DNA of 64,000 bases from Deltaproteobacteria bacterium. Its GTDB lineage: Bacteria > Myxococcota_A > UBA9042 > CAIXZC01. The notes beneath the pieces were generated by a model. It did not search any database and was not told the origin of the DNA. It was given only the letters and a program-made list of their open reading frames with translations. Position 1 is the first letter of the stretch. Each line of letters starts with the position of its first letter. Below, piece by piece: positions 37,748 to 47,693 of this stretch. Made by a program: the position numbers and the translations under genes. The DNA is taken from positions 11,312-75,311 of the forward strand of contig VGRX01000001.1 in assembly GCA_016875215.1 (NCBI GenBank). Reading direction: 5' to 3'.

Positions 37748-40700
37748 ATGAACCGAAAGTGCCTGATGGGATTGGCGGGGCTCCTGGTAGCGTGCTCCGG
37801 CGGAGGGCAGACGCTGCAACCGGACGTACGGGACGTTGCGGACGTGCGCCAGGAGGAGGCCGCAGTGGAGACCGCGACGCCCGCGGAAGTCGACGTGGCG
37901 CCGGTGGATGTGCCTCCGGATCCCGGGGTTCCTGAGACCATCGAGGAGACGACCCCGGCGTGCCAGCCGGGAAGCGGGTGCTTCCTCGACCCGTGTGCCG
38001 ACAGCGGTGATTGCGTGATGGGGCCGTGTGTGGAGCACCTTGGCGGCAAGGTCTGCTCCCAGACCTGCATCGAGGAATGCCCCGGAGGCTGGACGTGCAA
38101 GCAGCTTGCCGGCGAGGGCCGCGACCTGGTATTCGCCTGCGTCTCGCCGTTCACGCACCTGTGCCGTCCCTGCGCGTCCGGGGCCGACTGCAAGTCCGAG
38201 ACCGGCGTCGAGGACGTCTGCGTGATCTACGGCGATGAGGGCAGCTTCTGCGGTGCGGATTGCCAGGATATCCCCTGTCCGCCGGGGTACTCGTGCGTGG
38301 ATTCGGTGACCACCGAGGGGTTCGCCAGCAAGCAGTGCAAGGCGGACGTCGGCCTGTGCGGCTGCTCGGAGCTTTCCCGCAAGCTTGGGCTGTCCACGCC
38401 CTGCGTGGTGACCAACGCGCACGGGACGTGCAAGGGGCAGCGCACGTGCACCGGCCAGGGGCTGTCCCCGTGCAGCGCGCCGGCTCCGGCTCTCGAAGTC
38501 TGCAACGGCCTCGACGATGATTGCGACGGTACGATCGACGGAGAGATCTGCGACGACGGCGATGCATGCACCAAGGACTCCTGCGTGGCCGAGACGGGCT
38601 GTCAGCACGAGCCGCTCACCGGGACCTCCTGCGACGACGGCGACGTCTGCACGCTGGCCGATCACTGCGACGACGGGACGTGCACCGGGTCGGGAATCGA
38701 CTGCGACGACGGCAATCTCTGCACCAGCGACTCGTGCGACCCGACCGGGGGATGCGTGTACACCTTCAACAATACCGCCTGCGACGACTCCGACCCGTGC
38801 ACCGTGGGCGATTCCTGCAAGGAGGGAAGCTGTCAGGGTACCTCCGTCCCCTGTGACTGCCAGGACGACTCGGATTGTGCCAAGCTCGAGGACGGCAACC
38901 TGTGCAACGGGACCCTCTTCTGCGACGTCGAAGGCTTCCCCCAGAAGTGTGCGGTGAAGCCCACGAGCATCATCGAGTGCCCCGCCCCCTCGGGCATCGA
39001 TGCCCCCTGCCTGGTGCCGCTCTGCGACCCGTTCAACGGCCAGTGCTCGTTCGCCGCGGCCAACGACGGGAAGTCGTGCGACGACGGCAAGATCTGCACC
39101 ACCGGGAGCCATTGCGTCGCGGGTACCTGCGCGGGTGGAATCCCCCTCAACTGCGAGGACGGCAACCTCTGCACCGACGACTCGTGCGACCCGGTCGAAG
39201 GGTGCATCCACCTTCCGAACTCGCTCCCGTGCGAAGACGGCAATCCCTGCACCATGAAGGACACGTGCGAAGATGCTGCCTGCTCGCCCGGCCAGCCGGC
39301 CAACTGCAACGACGGCAACCCGTGCACCGATGATTCGTGCGACCCGACCTCGGGGTGCATCCACCAGGCCAACGCGGCACCGTGCGACGACGGGAACGTG
39401 TGCACCACCGGAGACAAGTGCCAGAACAAGGGATGCAAGGGAATCGGCATTCTCCCGTGCAGTGACGGCAACCTCTGCACCGACGACTCGTGCGACCCGA
39501 CTGCGGGCTGCCAGCATGCCAACAACAGCCTGCCTTGCAGCGACGGCAACCCCTGCACTCCCAAGGATGTCTGCATGGACGGCGCCTGCGTCGGCATGGG
39601 AGTCAAGGACTGCGGCGACGGCAACCCCTGCACCGACGATGCCTGCCACCCCACGCAGGGATGCCTCCACCAACCCAACACCGCTGCCTGCAACGACAAC
39701 AACCTCTGCACCACGAGCGACGTGTGCGCCAACGGTGCCTGCACCGGGACGGGCCTTCTCGCGTGCAGCGACTCGAACCACTGCACTGACGATTCCTGCA
39801 ACCCCGCCAAGGGGTGCATCTACACCCCGAACAAGACCTCGTGCGATGACGGCAACGAGTGCACCCTGGGAGATGTCTGCAAGGGCGGCCAGTGCTCGGC
39901 CGGGACCATGAAGGACTGCGAGGACGGCAACCCCTGCACCAAGGACTCCTGCGTGCCGCTCACCGGGTGCATGCACGTTCCAGGAGCCGGGCTCTGCGAT
40001 GACGGCAATCCCTGCACCATCGCAGACAAGTGCGCGGCAGGTACCTGCCAGCCCGGCGCTCCGAAGATCTGCGACGACGGTAACTTCTGCACCGACGACT
40101 CCTGCGGCAAGGAGGGAATCTGCCAGTTCGTGCCCAACAAGGTCGCCTGCAACGACGCCAACTCCTGCACCAACGACGATCTGTGCGCAGATGGGAAATG
40201 CGCCGGAACCCCCATCGACTGCGACGACGGCAATCCGTGCACCAAGGACTCCTGCGCTCCCGCCACCGGCTGCGTGTACACCTTCAGCACCGCACCGTGC
40301 GACGACGGCAACCTGTGCACGACCAAGGATGTCTGCGACAAAGGGGCCTGCACGGGCTCCGTCGCCCTGCCGTGCGACGACGCAAATCCCTGCACCGACG
40401 ACTCCTGCGATCCCAAGGTCGGCTGCCTGCATAAGCCCAACCAGGCTCAGTGCGACGACGCAAACGCCTGCACGCTGACCGACCAGTGCAGCGCAGGATG
40501 GTGCCAGGGCCTGCCGCTCGGCTGCGACGACGACGACCCCTGCACGACCGACTCGTGCAACCCCGCCACCGGCTGCGTCCACACCACCAACACCGCCCCC
40601 TGCGACGACGGGAACCTCTGCACCGTGAACGACACCTGCCAGGAAGGCATGTGCGTGGGCGGGAAGAACGTCTCGTGCAACGATTCCAACGATTGCACCG

Positions 40701-41590
40701 ACGACTCGTGCGATCCCGCCAAGGGGTGCACCCACTCCAACAACAACGGAGCATGCACCGACGCCAACTTCTGCACCGAGGGCGATTCGTGTGTCGGCGG
40801 CAACTGCATCCCCGGCTCGGCCGTCACCTGCAACGACGCCGAGGTGTGCACCACCGATGCCTGCCTGCCCAAGTCGGGTTGCTCCTTCACCCCCGTCCCC
40901 AACTGCTGCCACAACGATGCCGAATGCAACGACGGCAACCCGGCCACCACCGACAAGTGCAGCAACAACCAGTGCAAGCACCTTACCGACCCGGGGCTCC
41001 CGCACAACAGCGCTCCGTTCTCCCCCGAGTACACCAGCAACGGCGGCTGCGGCGACTACTCCAAGTGGTACACCCGCAGCTTCGGCCAGATGACGTTCTC
41101 CCAGTGCGAGGCCAAGGCAAACCTCACCGGCGCCCAGTATGTCGGAGCACCCAACCTGTACGACTACACCGCCCCCTACGCCTCCAGCGAGAGGTGGGTC
41201 GGCGACAAGGACGTCACCAACGGCTACGTCAGCGCCGGCGGGTGGGACTCCGTCGGAACCCGCAACAAGAACGACAACAGCCTCTGCGTCCTCGGCTACG
41301 CCAACGGCAACGCCCCCGGCAACTCCACACTGACCGATTCCAAGGTCGTGAACGGCAGAACCTACCAGTACAAGGACTTCGGCACCATCAGCGAGAAGAC
41401 CTGCTACGACTACTGCCGCGAGTACGGCGCCCGCCCCCTCAATCCTCAGTACTTCGGCGTCTCGGGCGTCACCCACATGGTCGAGAACCACAGCTGCCAC
41501 GGAAGCGTGCAGTACAACGGCAACGGCTACACAACCGACGGCAGCGGTGCCCACACGTACCGCTGCTTCATCGGCTACTACTCGGAATGA
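37748..41590 (+). CDS. giant secreted Cys-rich repeat protein B (1280 aa), paralogue of protein A with a different about 270 aa C-terminal domain
   Basis: Lipobox LLVACSGGG. N-terminal module about 60% identical to protein A. About 27 CxDGNxCTxDxCDPxxGC repeats. The long ORF-track N-terminal extension from 36518 is rejected. Confidence 0.8.
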   Translation: MNRKCLMGLAGLLVACSGGGQTLQPDVRDVADVRQEEAAVETATPAEVDVAPVDVPPDPGVPETIEETTPACQPGSGCFLDPCADSGDCVMGPCVEHLGGKVCSQTCIEECPGGWTCKQLAGEGRDLVFACVSPFTHLCRPCASGADCKSETGVEDVCVIYGDEGSFCGADCQDIPCPPGYSCVDSVTTEGFASKQCKADVGLCGCSELSRKLGLSTPCVVTNAHGTCKGQRTCTGQGLSPCSAPAPALEVCNGLDDDCDGTIDGEICDDGDACTKDSCVAETGCQHEPLTGTSCDDGDVCTLADHCDDGTCTGSGIDCDDGNLCTSDSCDPTGGCVYTFNNTACDDSDPCTVGDSCKEGSCQGTSVPCDCQDDSDCAKLEDGNLCNGTLFCDVEGFPQKCAVKPTSIIECPAPSGIDAPCLVPLCDPFNGQCSFAAANDGKSCDDGKICTTGSHCVAGTCAGGIPLNCEDGNLCTDDSCDPVEGCIHLPNSLPCEDGNPCTMKDTCEDAACSPGQPANCNDGNPCTDDSCDPTSGCIHQANAAPCDDGNVCTTGDKCQNKGCKGIGILPCSDGNLCTDDSCDPTAGCQHANNSLPCSDGNPCTPKDVCMDGACVGMGVKDCGDGNPCTDDACHPTQGCLHQPNTAACNDNNLCTTSDVCANGACTGTGLLACSDSNHCTDDSCNPAKGCIYTPNKTSCDDGNECTLGDVCKGGQCSAGTMKDCEDGNPCTKDSCVPLTGCMHVPGAGLCDDGNPCTIADKCAAGTCQPGAPKICDDGNFCTDDSCGKEGICQFVPNKVACNDANSCTNDDLCADGKCAGTPIDCDDGNPCTKDSCAPATGCVYTFSTAPCDDGNLCTTKDVCDKGACTGSVALPCDDANPCTDDSCDPKVGCLHKPNQAQCDDANACTLTDQCSAGWCQGLPLGCDDDDPCTTDSCNPATGCVHTTNTAPCDDGNLCTVNDTCQEGMCVGGKNVSCNDSNDCTDDSCDPAKGCTHSNNNGACTDANFCTEGDSCVGGNCIPGSAVTCNDAEVCTTDACLPKSGCSFTPVPNCCHNDAECNDGNPATTDKCSNNQCKHLTDPGLPHNSAPFSPEYTSNGGCGDYSKWYTRSFGQMTFSQCEAKANLTGAQYVGAPNLYDYTAPYASSERWVGDKDVTNGYVSAGGWDSVGTRNKNDNSLCVLGYANGNAPGNSTLTDSKVVNGRTYQYKDFGTISEKTCYDYCREYGARPLNPQYFGVSGVTHMVENHSCHGSVQYNGNGYTTDGSGAHTYRCFIGYYSE

Positions 41591-41597
41591 TTGGCGT

Positions 41598-42323
41598 TCA
41601 CTCCTGGGCCTTGCCCGTCATGGGAACGAAGCGGACCGGGTAGAGCTCATGCTCGACGATTCCGCTCTTCGTCTTCCGGTACAGCACGAGATCCTGGCTG
41701 TAGACCCCGACCGGAGCGATCAGCAGCCCCCCCTCCTTGAGCTGCTCGAACAGCGGCCTGGGAACCTCGGCCGGAGCCGCAGTGAGCATGATCTTGTCGA
41801 ACGGCGCCTTCTCCGGCCACCCGGCGTAGCCGTCTCCGATCCGCACGGAAACGTTCCCGTAGCCCAGCTCGGCCAGCGTCTTCTCCGCCTGGAGCCCCAG
41901 CGGCTTGACGATCTCGATCGTGTAGACCTCCCCCGCCAGCTCGGCCAGCACCGCGGCCTGGTATCCGGAGCCGGTTCCGATCTCCAGGACCCGGTCGGTC
42001 GGCTGCGGGTCGAGTGCCTGGGTCATGCTCGCCACGATGTACGGCTGCGAGATCGTCTGTTCGAAGCCGATGGGCAGCGGATGATCCTCGCAGGCCTGCT
42101 CGACCAGCTCCTCCGGCACGAACCGGTGTCGCGGGACCTTCTCCATCGCGGCCAGAACCCGTTTCGACGTGATGTCCCGGTTCGCCATCTGGGTGCGGAC
42201 CATCCGGCTGCGCTCCGCGGCGAACGGATCCGGTGCCGGAGGAGCTCCGTCTGCGTGGGGGGGCTCCCTGCACGACAGGGCTACGAGCGCCACGCACACG
42301 AGCAACGCCGTACACACCGACAT
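41598..42323 (-). CDS. pcm: protein-L-isoaspartate O-methyltransferase with signal peptide/lipobox (exported PIMT)
   Basis: VLEIGTGSGYQAAVLAEL SAM motif and full-length PIMT similarity. N-terminus MSVCTALLVCVALVALSC. GGAGGA SD. Confidence 0.8.
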   Translation of the reverse strand: MSVCTALLVCVALVALSCREPPHADGAPPAPDPFAAERSRMVRTQMANRDITSKRVLAAMEKVPRHRFVPEELVEQACEDHPLPIGFEQTISQPYIVASMTQALDPQPTDRVLEIGTGSGYQAAVLAELAGEVYTIEIVKPLGLQAEKTLAELGYGNVSVRIGDGYAGWPEKAPFDKIMLTAAPAEVPRPLFEQLKEGGLLIAPVGVYSQDLVLYRKTKSGIVEHELYPVRFVPMTGKAQE

Positions 42324-42363
42324 GGCTTCCTCCGCTGGCCGGCTCCCCCTCGCCCGACCCGGG

Positions 42364-42936
42364 TCAGACGGGCTTCCCGCGGGACAGGAGAAACACGTCG
42401 TTCCACCAGTACTGCCGCTGACCGGAACGCCGGGAGCCGAGGGTTCCGCCCTGTTTCTTGAGGGTCTTGAATCCCGCGGAATCCCGGAGCCTGAGCTGCT
42501 TGCCGGTGGAATCGACGACGCAGGTCCAGTGGGAGATGTCGTCGTCGTCGTAGACAACGATCGCTGCACCCTTCTGGTCCGATGTGAGGTGGGAATCGAG
42601 CTCCTTCCAGAAGCTCTGGATCTTCTTGCCCATGCCGCTCCCGGAAAGCCCCCGGCACCATTCCAGATCGAATCCGAGCTTCCGGCGGGCAAACCTGCCC
42701 GCAGTCTCCACCATGGCATTCACGTCCGCCGGGCTGGTTCCGTCCCACACGAACCGGATGCTCTTGCGATCCTGCGGAAGCCGCCGGTACACGGTCCTGA
42801 CCAGCAGGTTGAACAACTCCTGCTGGCGCTCCCGCCCGAACTCGCCGTTGAAGGTCAGCTCGCCGATGGCGTTGACCACCGCATATACGCCGCACAGCCC
42901 GTCCAGGCCGCCCTGGCGTTTCGGGTTGCTCTTCAT
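42364..42936 (-). CDS. papain-like (C39/BtrH-like) cysteine peptidase fold protein, putative
   Basis: Q-x5-LCGVYAV nucleophile block and downstream DISHWTCVV His block; weak. Confidence 0.35.
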   Translation of the reverse strand: MKSNPKRQGGLDGLCGVYAVVNAIGELTFNGEFGRERQQELFNLLVRTVYRRLPQDRKSIRFVWDGTSPADVNAMVETAGRFARRKLGFDLEWCRGLSGSGMGKKIQSFWKELDSHLTSDQKGAAIVVYDDDDISHWTCVVDSTGKQLRLRDSAGFKTLKKQGGTLGSRRSGQRQYWWNDVFLLSRGKPV

Positions 42937-43228
42937 CTTTCGCCTCCCCCGCGCCCATTATGGATCGGGTTCGACGTCCAGGGCAAGCGGCAGTTGCCTG
43001 ACCCGCGCCGGAAGCAGGGGTGAGCCCTCTTTTGCCCCCTGGGCTTCGTCCCCGCCGGCCCGGTCGCAGAGCGTCACTGACGCGCCCCGTGGAACCGCCC
43101 CCCGGAGACCGCCTCCCCCAGTTCCGGTCTGACTGTTCCGACGGAGACCTTGTCGCACGCCGGGCCGGATGCTATTATTGAGGTCGCATTTGTCATATAA
43201 TCGCCGGCGGTCGGCGCAGGAGGGCCAG

Positions 43229-43618
43229 ATGGGCAAGAAGATCCTGATTGTGGATGACGACAGCGACCTCGTTGAATCGACCTCTGCTTTCCTGGTATCC
43301 CGCGGCTACACCACCGTATCGGCCTCGAACGGGACGGAAGGCCTCGCGATGCTCGAGCAGGAGAAGCCCGACCTGATCGTGCTGGACATGATGATGGACC
43401 AGCGGGGGGACGGATTCCTGTTCTCGCGGAAGATGCGCAAGGAACCGGCCTTCCAGAAGACCCCGATCATCATGCTCACCGGAATGCGGCAGGCCACGGG
43501 ATTCCACTTCCTGACCGAAGATCCCCGGCACCCGACCTTCCTGCCCGTCGACGAGTTCATGGAGAAACCCGCGGATCTGGAGGAGCTGGCCAGGAGAGTA
43601 GCCAGACTGATCGGCTGA
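43229..43618 (+). CDS. response regulator, receiver domain only (CheY-like)
   Basis: KILIVDDD...DLIVLDMMM...IIMLTG shows conserved D/D/K positions. Confidence 0.8.
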   Translation: MGKKILIVDDDSDLVESTSAFLVSRGYTTVSASNGTEGLAMLEQEKPDLIVLDMMMDQRGDGFLFSRKMRKEPAFQKTPIIMLTGMRQATGFHFLTEDPRHPTFLPVDEFMEKPADLEELARRVARLIG

Positions 43619-43627
43619 GAAACGTGC

Positions 43628-45019
43628 TCAACCGGGAAGAGGCACGGTGAAACTGAAGGTGGAGCCCTTTCCCGGCTTCGAGCGGACCCAGATCCGGCCG
43701 CCGTGCGCCTCGACGATGTGCCTGGCAATGGCCAGCCCCAGCCCGGTGCCCTCCCGCTCCCGTCCGTCCTGCGCCCTGACCCGGTGGAATTCCTCGAAGA
43801 CCTTCTCGATCTCATCGGCCGGAATCCCGATTCCGGTGTCGGCCACTTCGAATCGAAGGAACCGCCCGTCGACGAAGGCCGTGAGCTTCACGCTCCCGCC
43901 GGAATCGGTGTACTTGACCGCATTGCTCACGAGGTTCTCCAGGACCTGGGAAAGCCGGTCCGGGACACCCTCGATCGAGGGAAGAGCCTTCTCCAGCTCG
44001 AAGCTCAGGGAGATCCCCCTGGCATCGGCAGCCTCCCTGTGATTCTCGGCGGCCTGCACTACCATCTCGGCCGGGTCGACGGGAATCCGGTTCTCCATTC
44101 CCTTGCCGCTCTCGATCGCCGTGATGTCCAGCAGGTCCGTGATCAGGCGTACCTGGGAATCCACCCGGGCCCGCGACCGCTTCAGGTAGGTGACCTGCTG
44201 CTCGCTGAGCGGCCCGACCGCCCGGGCCAGAAGAACGTCGACGTAGCCGCGTACCGCGGCCATCGGCGACTTGAGGTCGTGCGACGCTATGGCCAGAAAG
44301 CGCGACTTGGTCTGGTTGAGCCGGATCAGCTCCTCGTTCTTCCTCTCGAGCGCTGCCTTGAGCTCGACGATCCGCCGCTCCCGGCCCCGGAGCTTCTCCG
44401 TGATCGAGGTCGCTATGTACGAGGAGATCACCAGGGTGGCCGACAGGAGGAACGCCCGGGCCTGCGCAGCCCCCGCAAGGCCGGGACACTCGTACACCAC
44501 GTTCGAGACGAAGTCCGGATGTGGAATCCAACCCGAGAAATGCAGCACGGTCAGCCCGGTGTAGAACACCACCGCCAGCGCCGTCTGCACACGCCCCCCC
44601 CAACGGGGAAGGAGCTTGCTCGAGATGATGACGTGGAAGATGTAGAAGAAGGCAACCGGGCTCTCCGGCCCCCCGGTCAGGTGGACCAGGACCGTCAATG
44701 CCGCGATGTCGATTCCGCTTTGGAGATGGGCGATCAGCCTTGAGCGCCTCATGAACGCAGCCCCATCCAGCCGGCGGGACCTTCGCACCAGCCACAGGAA
44801 CGCCAGGTTGTAGAACGCTATGGTCACAGCCACTGCCCGGATGGGCCAGGCATCGAGACGCATGCCGATCGTGAAATGGGACGCCTCCGGAGAGAGCAGC
44901 ACCGCAACGGCAGCCAGCCAACGCAGCTTGATGAACCACTCCAGGCGCTCACGGAGCTCCGCGTCCCGGGATTCGTCCGGAGATGTCACGCCGTCGGAGC
45001 TGCCGCTCTGACCTTCCAT
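43628..45019 (-). CDS. sensor histidine kinase, polytopic membrane sensor
   Basis: ASHDLKSPMAAVRGY H-box. N/G1/G2 boxes (LVSNAVKYT, DTGIGI, GTGLGLAI). Five to six N-terminal TM helices. Confidence 0.8.
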   Translation of the reverse strand: MEGQSGSSDGVTSPDESRDAELRERLEWFIKLRWLAAVAVLLSPEASHFTIGMRLDAWPIRAVAVTIAFYNLAFLWLVRRSRRLDGAAFMRRSRLIAHLQSGIDIAALTVLVHLTGGPESPVAFFYIFHVIISSKLLPRWGGRVQTALAVVFYTGLTVLHFSGWIPHPDFVSNVVYECPGLAGAAQARAFLLSATLVISSYIATSITEKLRGRERRIVELKAALERKNEELIRLNQTKSRFLAIASHDLKSPMAAVRGYVDVLLARAVGPLSEQQVTYLKRSRARVDSQVRLITDLLDITAIESGKGMENRIPVDPAEMVVQAAENHREAADARGISLSFELEKALPSIEGVPDRLSQVLENLVSNAVKYTDSGGSVKLTAFVDGRFLRFEVADTGIGIPADEIEKVFEEFHRVRAQDGREREGTGLGLAIARHIVEAHGGRIWVRSKPGKGSTFSFTVPLPG

Positions 45020-45305
45020 GCCTCGTTTCCTGTCGCCTGCCCCCGGAAGTGGGTTGCTTTTCGAGTCTAGCCTCGGCCCCCTTCCCACGTCAATCCCGAC
45101 CCCTCCGATTCCGCCTGCCGGAAGGCGGCGCCGCACGCACAGCCCGCACGAACCCCTGGCAACGGTGTGCGGCCGGCGGTCATCCGGAAAAGGAGAGCGG
45201 GGGAATCCGGGGAACCGATGGACACTTGCCAGGTCGACCCCATGTGAGCATACTCCGGTCCGGCGGCGATCCGGCCGTCCCTGGCCCGAAGCAGGTGCTC
45301 CCGGC

Positions 45306-46253
45306 ATGCGATTCCCGATACCGCATCTACTGCTCCCCCTGATCCTGCTCTGCGGCTGCTCCCCGGCCGGCTCTCACGCCGACATCACCGAGGAGGCAGG
45401 CATCTTCCCCTGGGGAGACGTCTCTCAACGACAGGATCACTCCTCCGCCTTCCCGGACCACCCGCCGCACCCGCTGGGCGACTACGTCCCTCCGGACGGA
45501 CTCCAAGTCATCTTCCTTGACGTCGGCCAGGGCGATGCCGTCCTGGTCCGCTTCCCGAAAGGGGCCACCATGCTGGTCGATGGCGGGAAGAACGGCAGGG
45601 GAACCGAGAAGATTCTGCCCGCGTTCGAGAAGCTTGCCCTGGCAGACCTGGACTACATCGTCGCCACCCACGCGGACGCGGACCACTGCGGCGGACTCGA
45701 TGAGGTCGTCGAAGGTGTCGCGGTGGAAGAGGTCTGGGAGAACGGCGTCGGCAAGAATACCGCTGCCTGGTGGGACTTCTCGGATGCCGTGGACCAGCAC
45801 GGCATCCCCCGGGTCACCGTCCAACGGGGAGACGTGCGGGAAATCGACACGTGCCGGGTCGAGATCCTCAACGCGGACGAAGGCTGGGGCGATTCCAACG
45901 GAGACAGTATCGTCCTGTCCATCGAGTGCGAAGGAGTGGCCGTTCTGCTCACCGGCGACGCACATGCCGGGACGCAGGCGGACCTCATCGACGTGTACGG
46001 GGCCGACCTCCAGGCCGACCTGGTCAAGCTCCCTCACCACGGCAGCCCGGACCATGACAGCGAGCTTCCTTCGTTCGTCCTGCCCAAGGTCGCGGTCTGC
46101 AGCGTCGGAACCGGCAACAGCTACGGCCACCCCGACAAGGACGTGGTGGCGGAGTGGAAGGCCGTCGCCCCGGAGTTCTACCGCACCGACCAATCCGGCA
46201 CCGTCACCGTCGACGTCAGGAAGGGAATCCCGACCGTCAGCACCGAGTGGTAG
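45306..46253 (+). CDS. MBL-fold metallo-hydrolase lipoprotein (ComEC C-terminal domain-like)
   Basis: Lipobox LILLCGCSPAGS. VIFLDVGQGDAVLV ... THADADHCGG ... LPHHGS. Confidence 0.7.
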   Translation: MRFPIPHLLLPLILLCGCSPAGSHADITEEAGIFPWGDVSQRQDHSSAFPDHPPHPLGDYVPPDGLQVIFLDVGQGDAVLVRFPKGATMLVDGGKNGRGTEKILPAFEKLALADLDYIVATHADADHCGGLDEVVEGVAVEEVWENGVGKNTAAWWDFSDAVDQHGIPRVTVQRGDVREIDTCRVEILNADEGWGDSNGDSIVLSIECEGVAVLLTGDAHAGTQADLIDVYGADLQADLVKLPHHGSPDHDSELPSFVLPKVAVCSVGTGNSYGHPDKDVVAEWKAVAPEFYRTDQSGTVTVDVRKGIPTVSTEW

Positions 46254-46477
46254 AACTTGGGCGGCCTCGGGGATTGGCCTCGGCCCGGGTTCAACCGGAG
46301 GCCGTTCGATGCCCCCGGCCCCGCTCCGGATGCTGCTTCCGGCTCTGACTCGTGTGTCGCCAGCTTGAGGGTTGCGGGCTTGAACTCGACGTAGTGGTCG
46401 ATCCCATGCAGTTGTGCGGGCTGAGCCAGGGAACGCAGGGGGTGTACCTGGCTGCGGTGAAGGCGCCAAGAAAGGGG

Positions 46478-46506
46478 TTGACAGGATTGGTTGAACCATT
46501 TAGACT
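46478..46506 (+). promoter_or_regulatory. sigma-70-like promoter TTGACA-N17-TAGACT upstream of the epimerase gene
   Basis: ttgacaggattggttgaaccatttagact. SD GGAGGTGG lies before ATG 46530. Confidence 0.4.
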
Positions 46507-46529
46507 GGCGGTTGGTCAGGAGGTGGACC

Positions 46530-47585
46530 ATGGCAAGGAAGAGTAAAGAGGCGAGCCTCGTCACGGGGTCGTGTGGTTTCATCGGCAGTCACATCGTGGA
46601 AACGCTGGCCGCGGCGGGGCACGAGGTCATCGCGGCCGACATCGAGGCAGCGTGGAAGACCGATTCGGTGCCGCAGGCGCGCTATCCCGGCCTCGTCCGG
46701 AAGCTGGCGGCGCGTTGCGAGACCATCGACCTGGCGAAGCCCGAGACACTGAAGGCCCTGCCGACCGAGGTGGACTACGTGTTCCACGTGGCCTCGCTGT
46801 TCACCTACTCGGCGAAATGGGATGCGCTGTACCGGGTGAACGTGGAAGGAACCCGGGCGCTCCTGGCACGGTACGCCGGATCGAAGCGGCTCAAGCGCTG
46901 GCTCCAGATCGGTGCGGGCGGAGTCTACGGTCTTCCTTCGGAACGGCAGAACCGGACGTTCACCGAGGACATGGCCCCGAACCCCAGCAACGACTACCTG
47001 CGCTCCAAGTGGGAGCAGGAATTCGCGATCATGGAAGCCGGGAAGCGGGGGGAGATCAACTGGACGATCGTGCGGCCTACGACAGTCTACGGCCCCCGCG
47101 GCGGGTACGGCTCGCGCAAGCTGTTCCTCGGCATGGATGGAATGGCGGTGGTCGCGGGACCGGCCAACTTCAAAGGGCACATCCCCTTCATCCACGTGGA
47201 GGACCTGGCCCGGGCGTGCCTGCACCTGGCCCAGCACCCCGACGCCGAGAACCAGGTGTTCAACCTCAACGACGACACGGACATGACGAACCTCGAATAC
47301 ATGGAGACGATGGCTCGGCTGCTCCATGTTCCGTTCGTGAAGCTGCCCCCGGTTCCGGCCAGGAAGCTCATCGATGCGCTCATGCCTGCGCTGAAGTTCC
47401 AGCACCGATTCTGCCGGGACGTGCTCAAGAAGCAGTCCCCCATCGAGCCGGACATGATCGCCTACTTCCCGGAGGACTTCCGCTATTCGAACGACAAGCT
47501 GAAGAGGACCGGATTCACGTTCCGCTACCCGGACGCGCGGCTGGCATTCCCGAGCACGCTCCAGTGGTACCGGGACAACGGGTAG
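46530..47585 (+). CDS. NAD-dependent epimerase/dehydratase (SDR family)
   Basis: VTGSCGFIGSHIVETL Rossmann motif; YxxxK region. Confidence 0.75.
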   Translation: MARKSKEASLVTGSCGFIGSHIVETLAAAGHEVIAADIEAAWKTDSVPQARYPGLVRKLAARCETIDLAKPETLKALPTEVDYVFHVASLFTYSAKWDALYRVNVEGTRALLARYAGSKRLKRWLQIGAGGVYGLPSERQNRTFTEDMAPNPSNDYLRSKWEQEFAIMEAGKRGEINWTIVRPTTVYGPRGGYGSRKLFLGMDGMAVVAGPANFKGHIPFIHVEDLARACLHLAQHPDAENQVFNLNDDTDMTNLEYMETMARLLHVPFVKLPPVPARKLIDALMPALKFQHRFCRDVLKKQSPIEPDMIAYFPEDFRYSNDKLKRTGFTFRYPDARLAFPSTLQWYRDNG

Positions 47586-47693
47586 AGGAGGGCGTGAGGG
47601 AGGAACCGACATCGGCAGGGGCCCCCCCACAACCCGGAGCGTCAGCGACGGGCCGCGGGTAGTCACACCTGCCATCGACAGAGAGGAGGCGCC

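Noticed and set aside
41647-42315. 222-aa alternative-frame ORF within pcm region
   Set aside because: Alternative frame of the pcm gene. The PIMT motifs are in the 41598-42323 frame.
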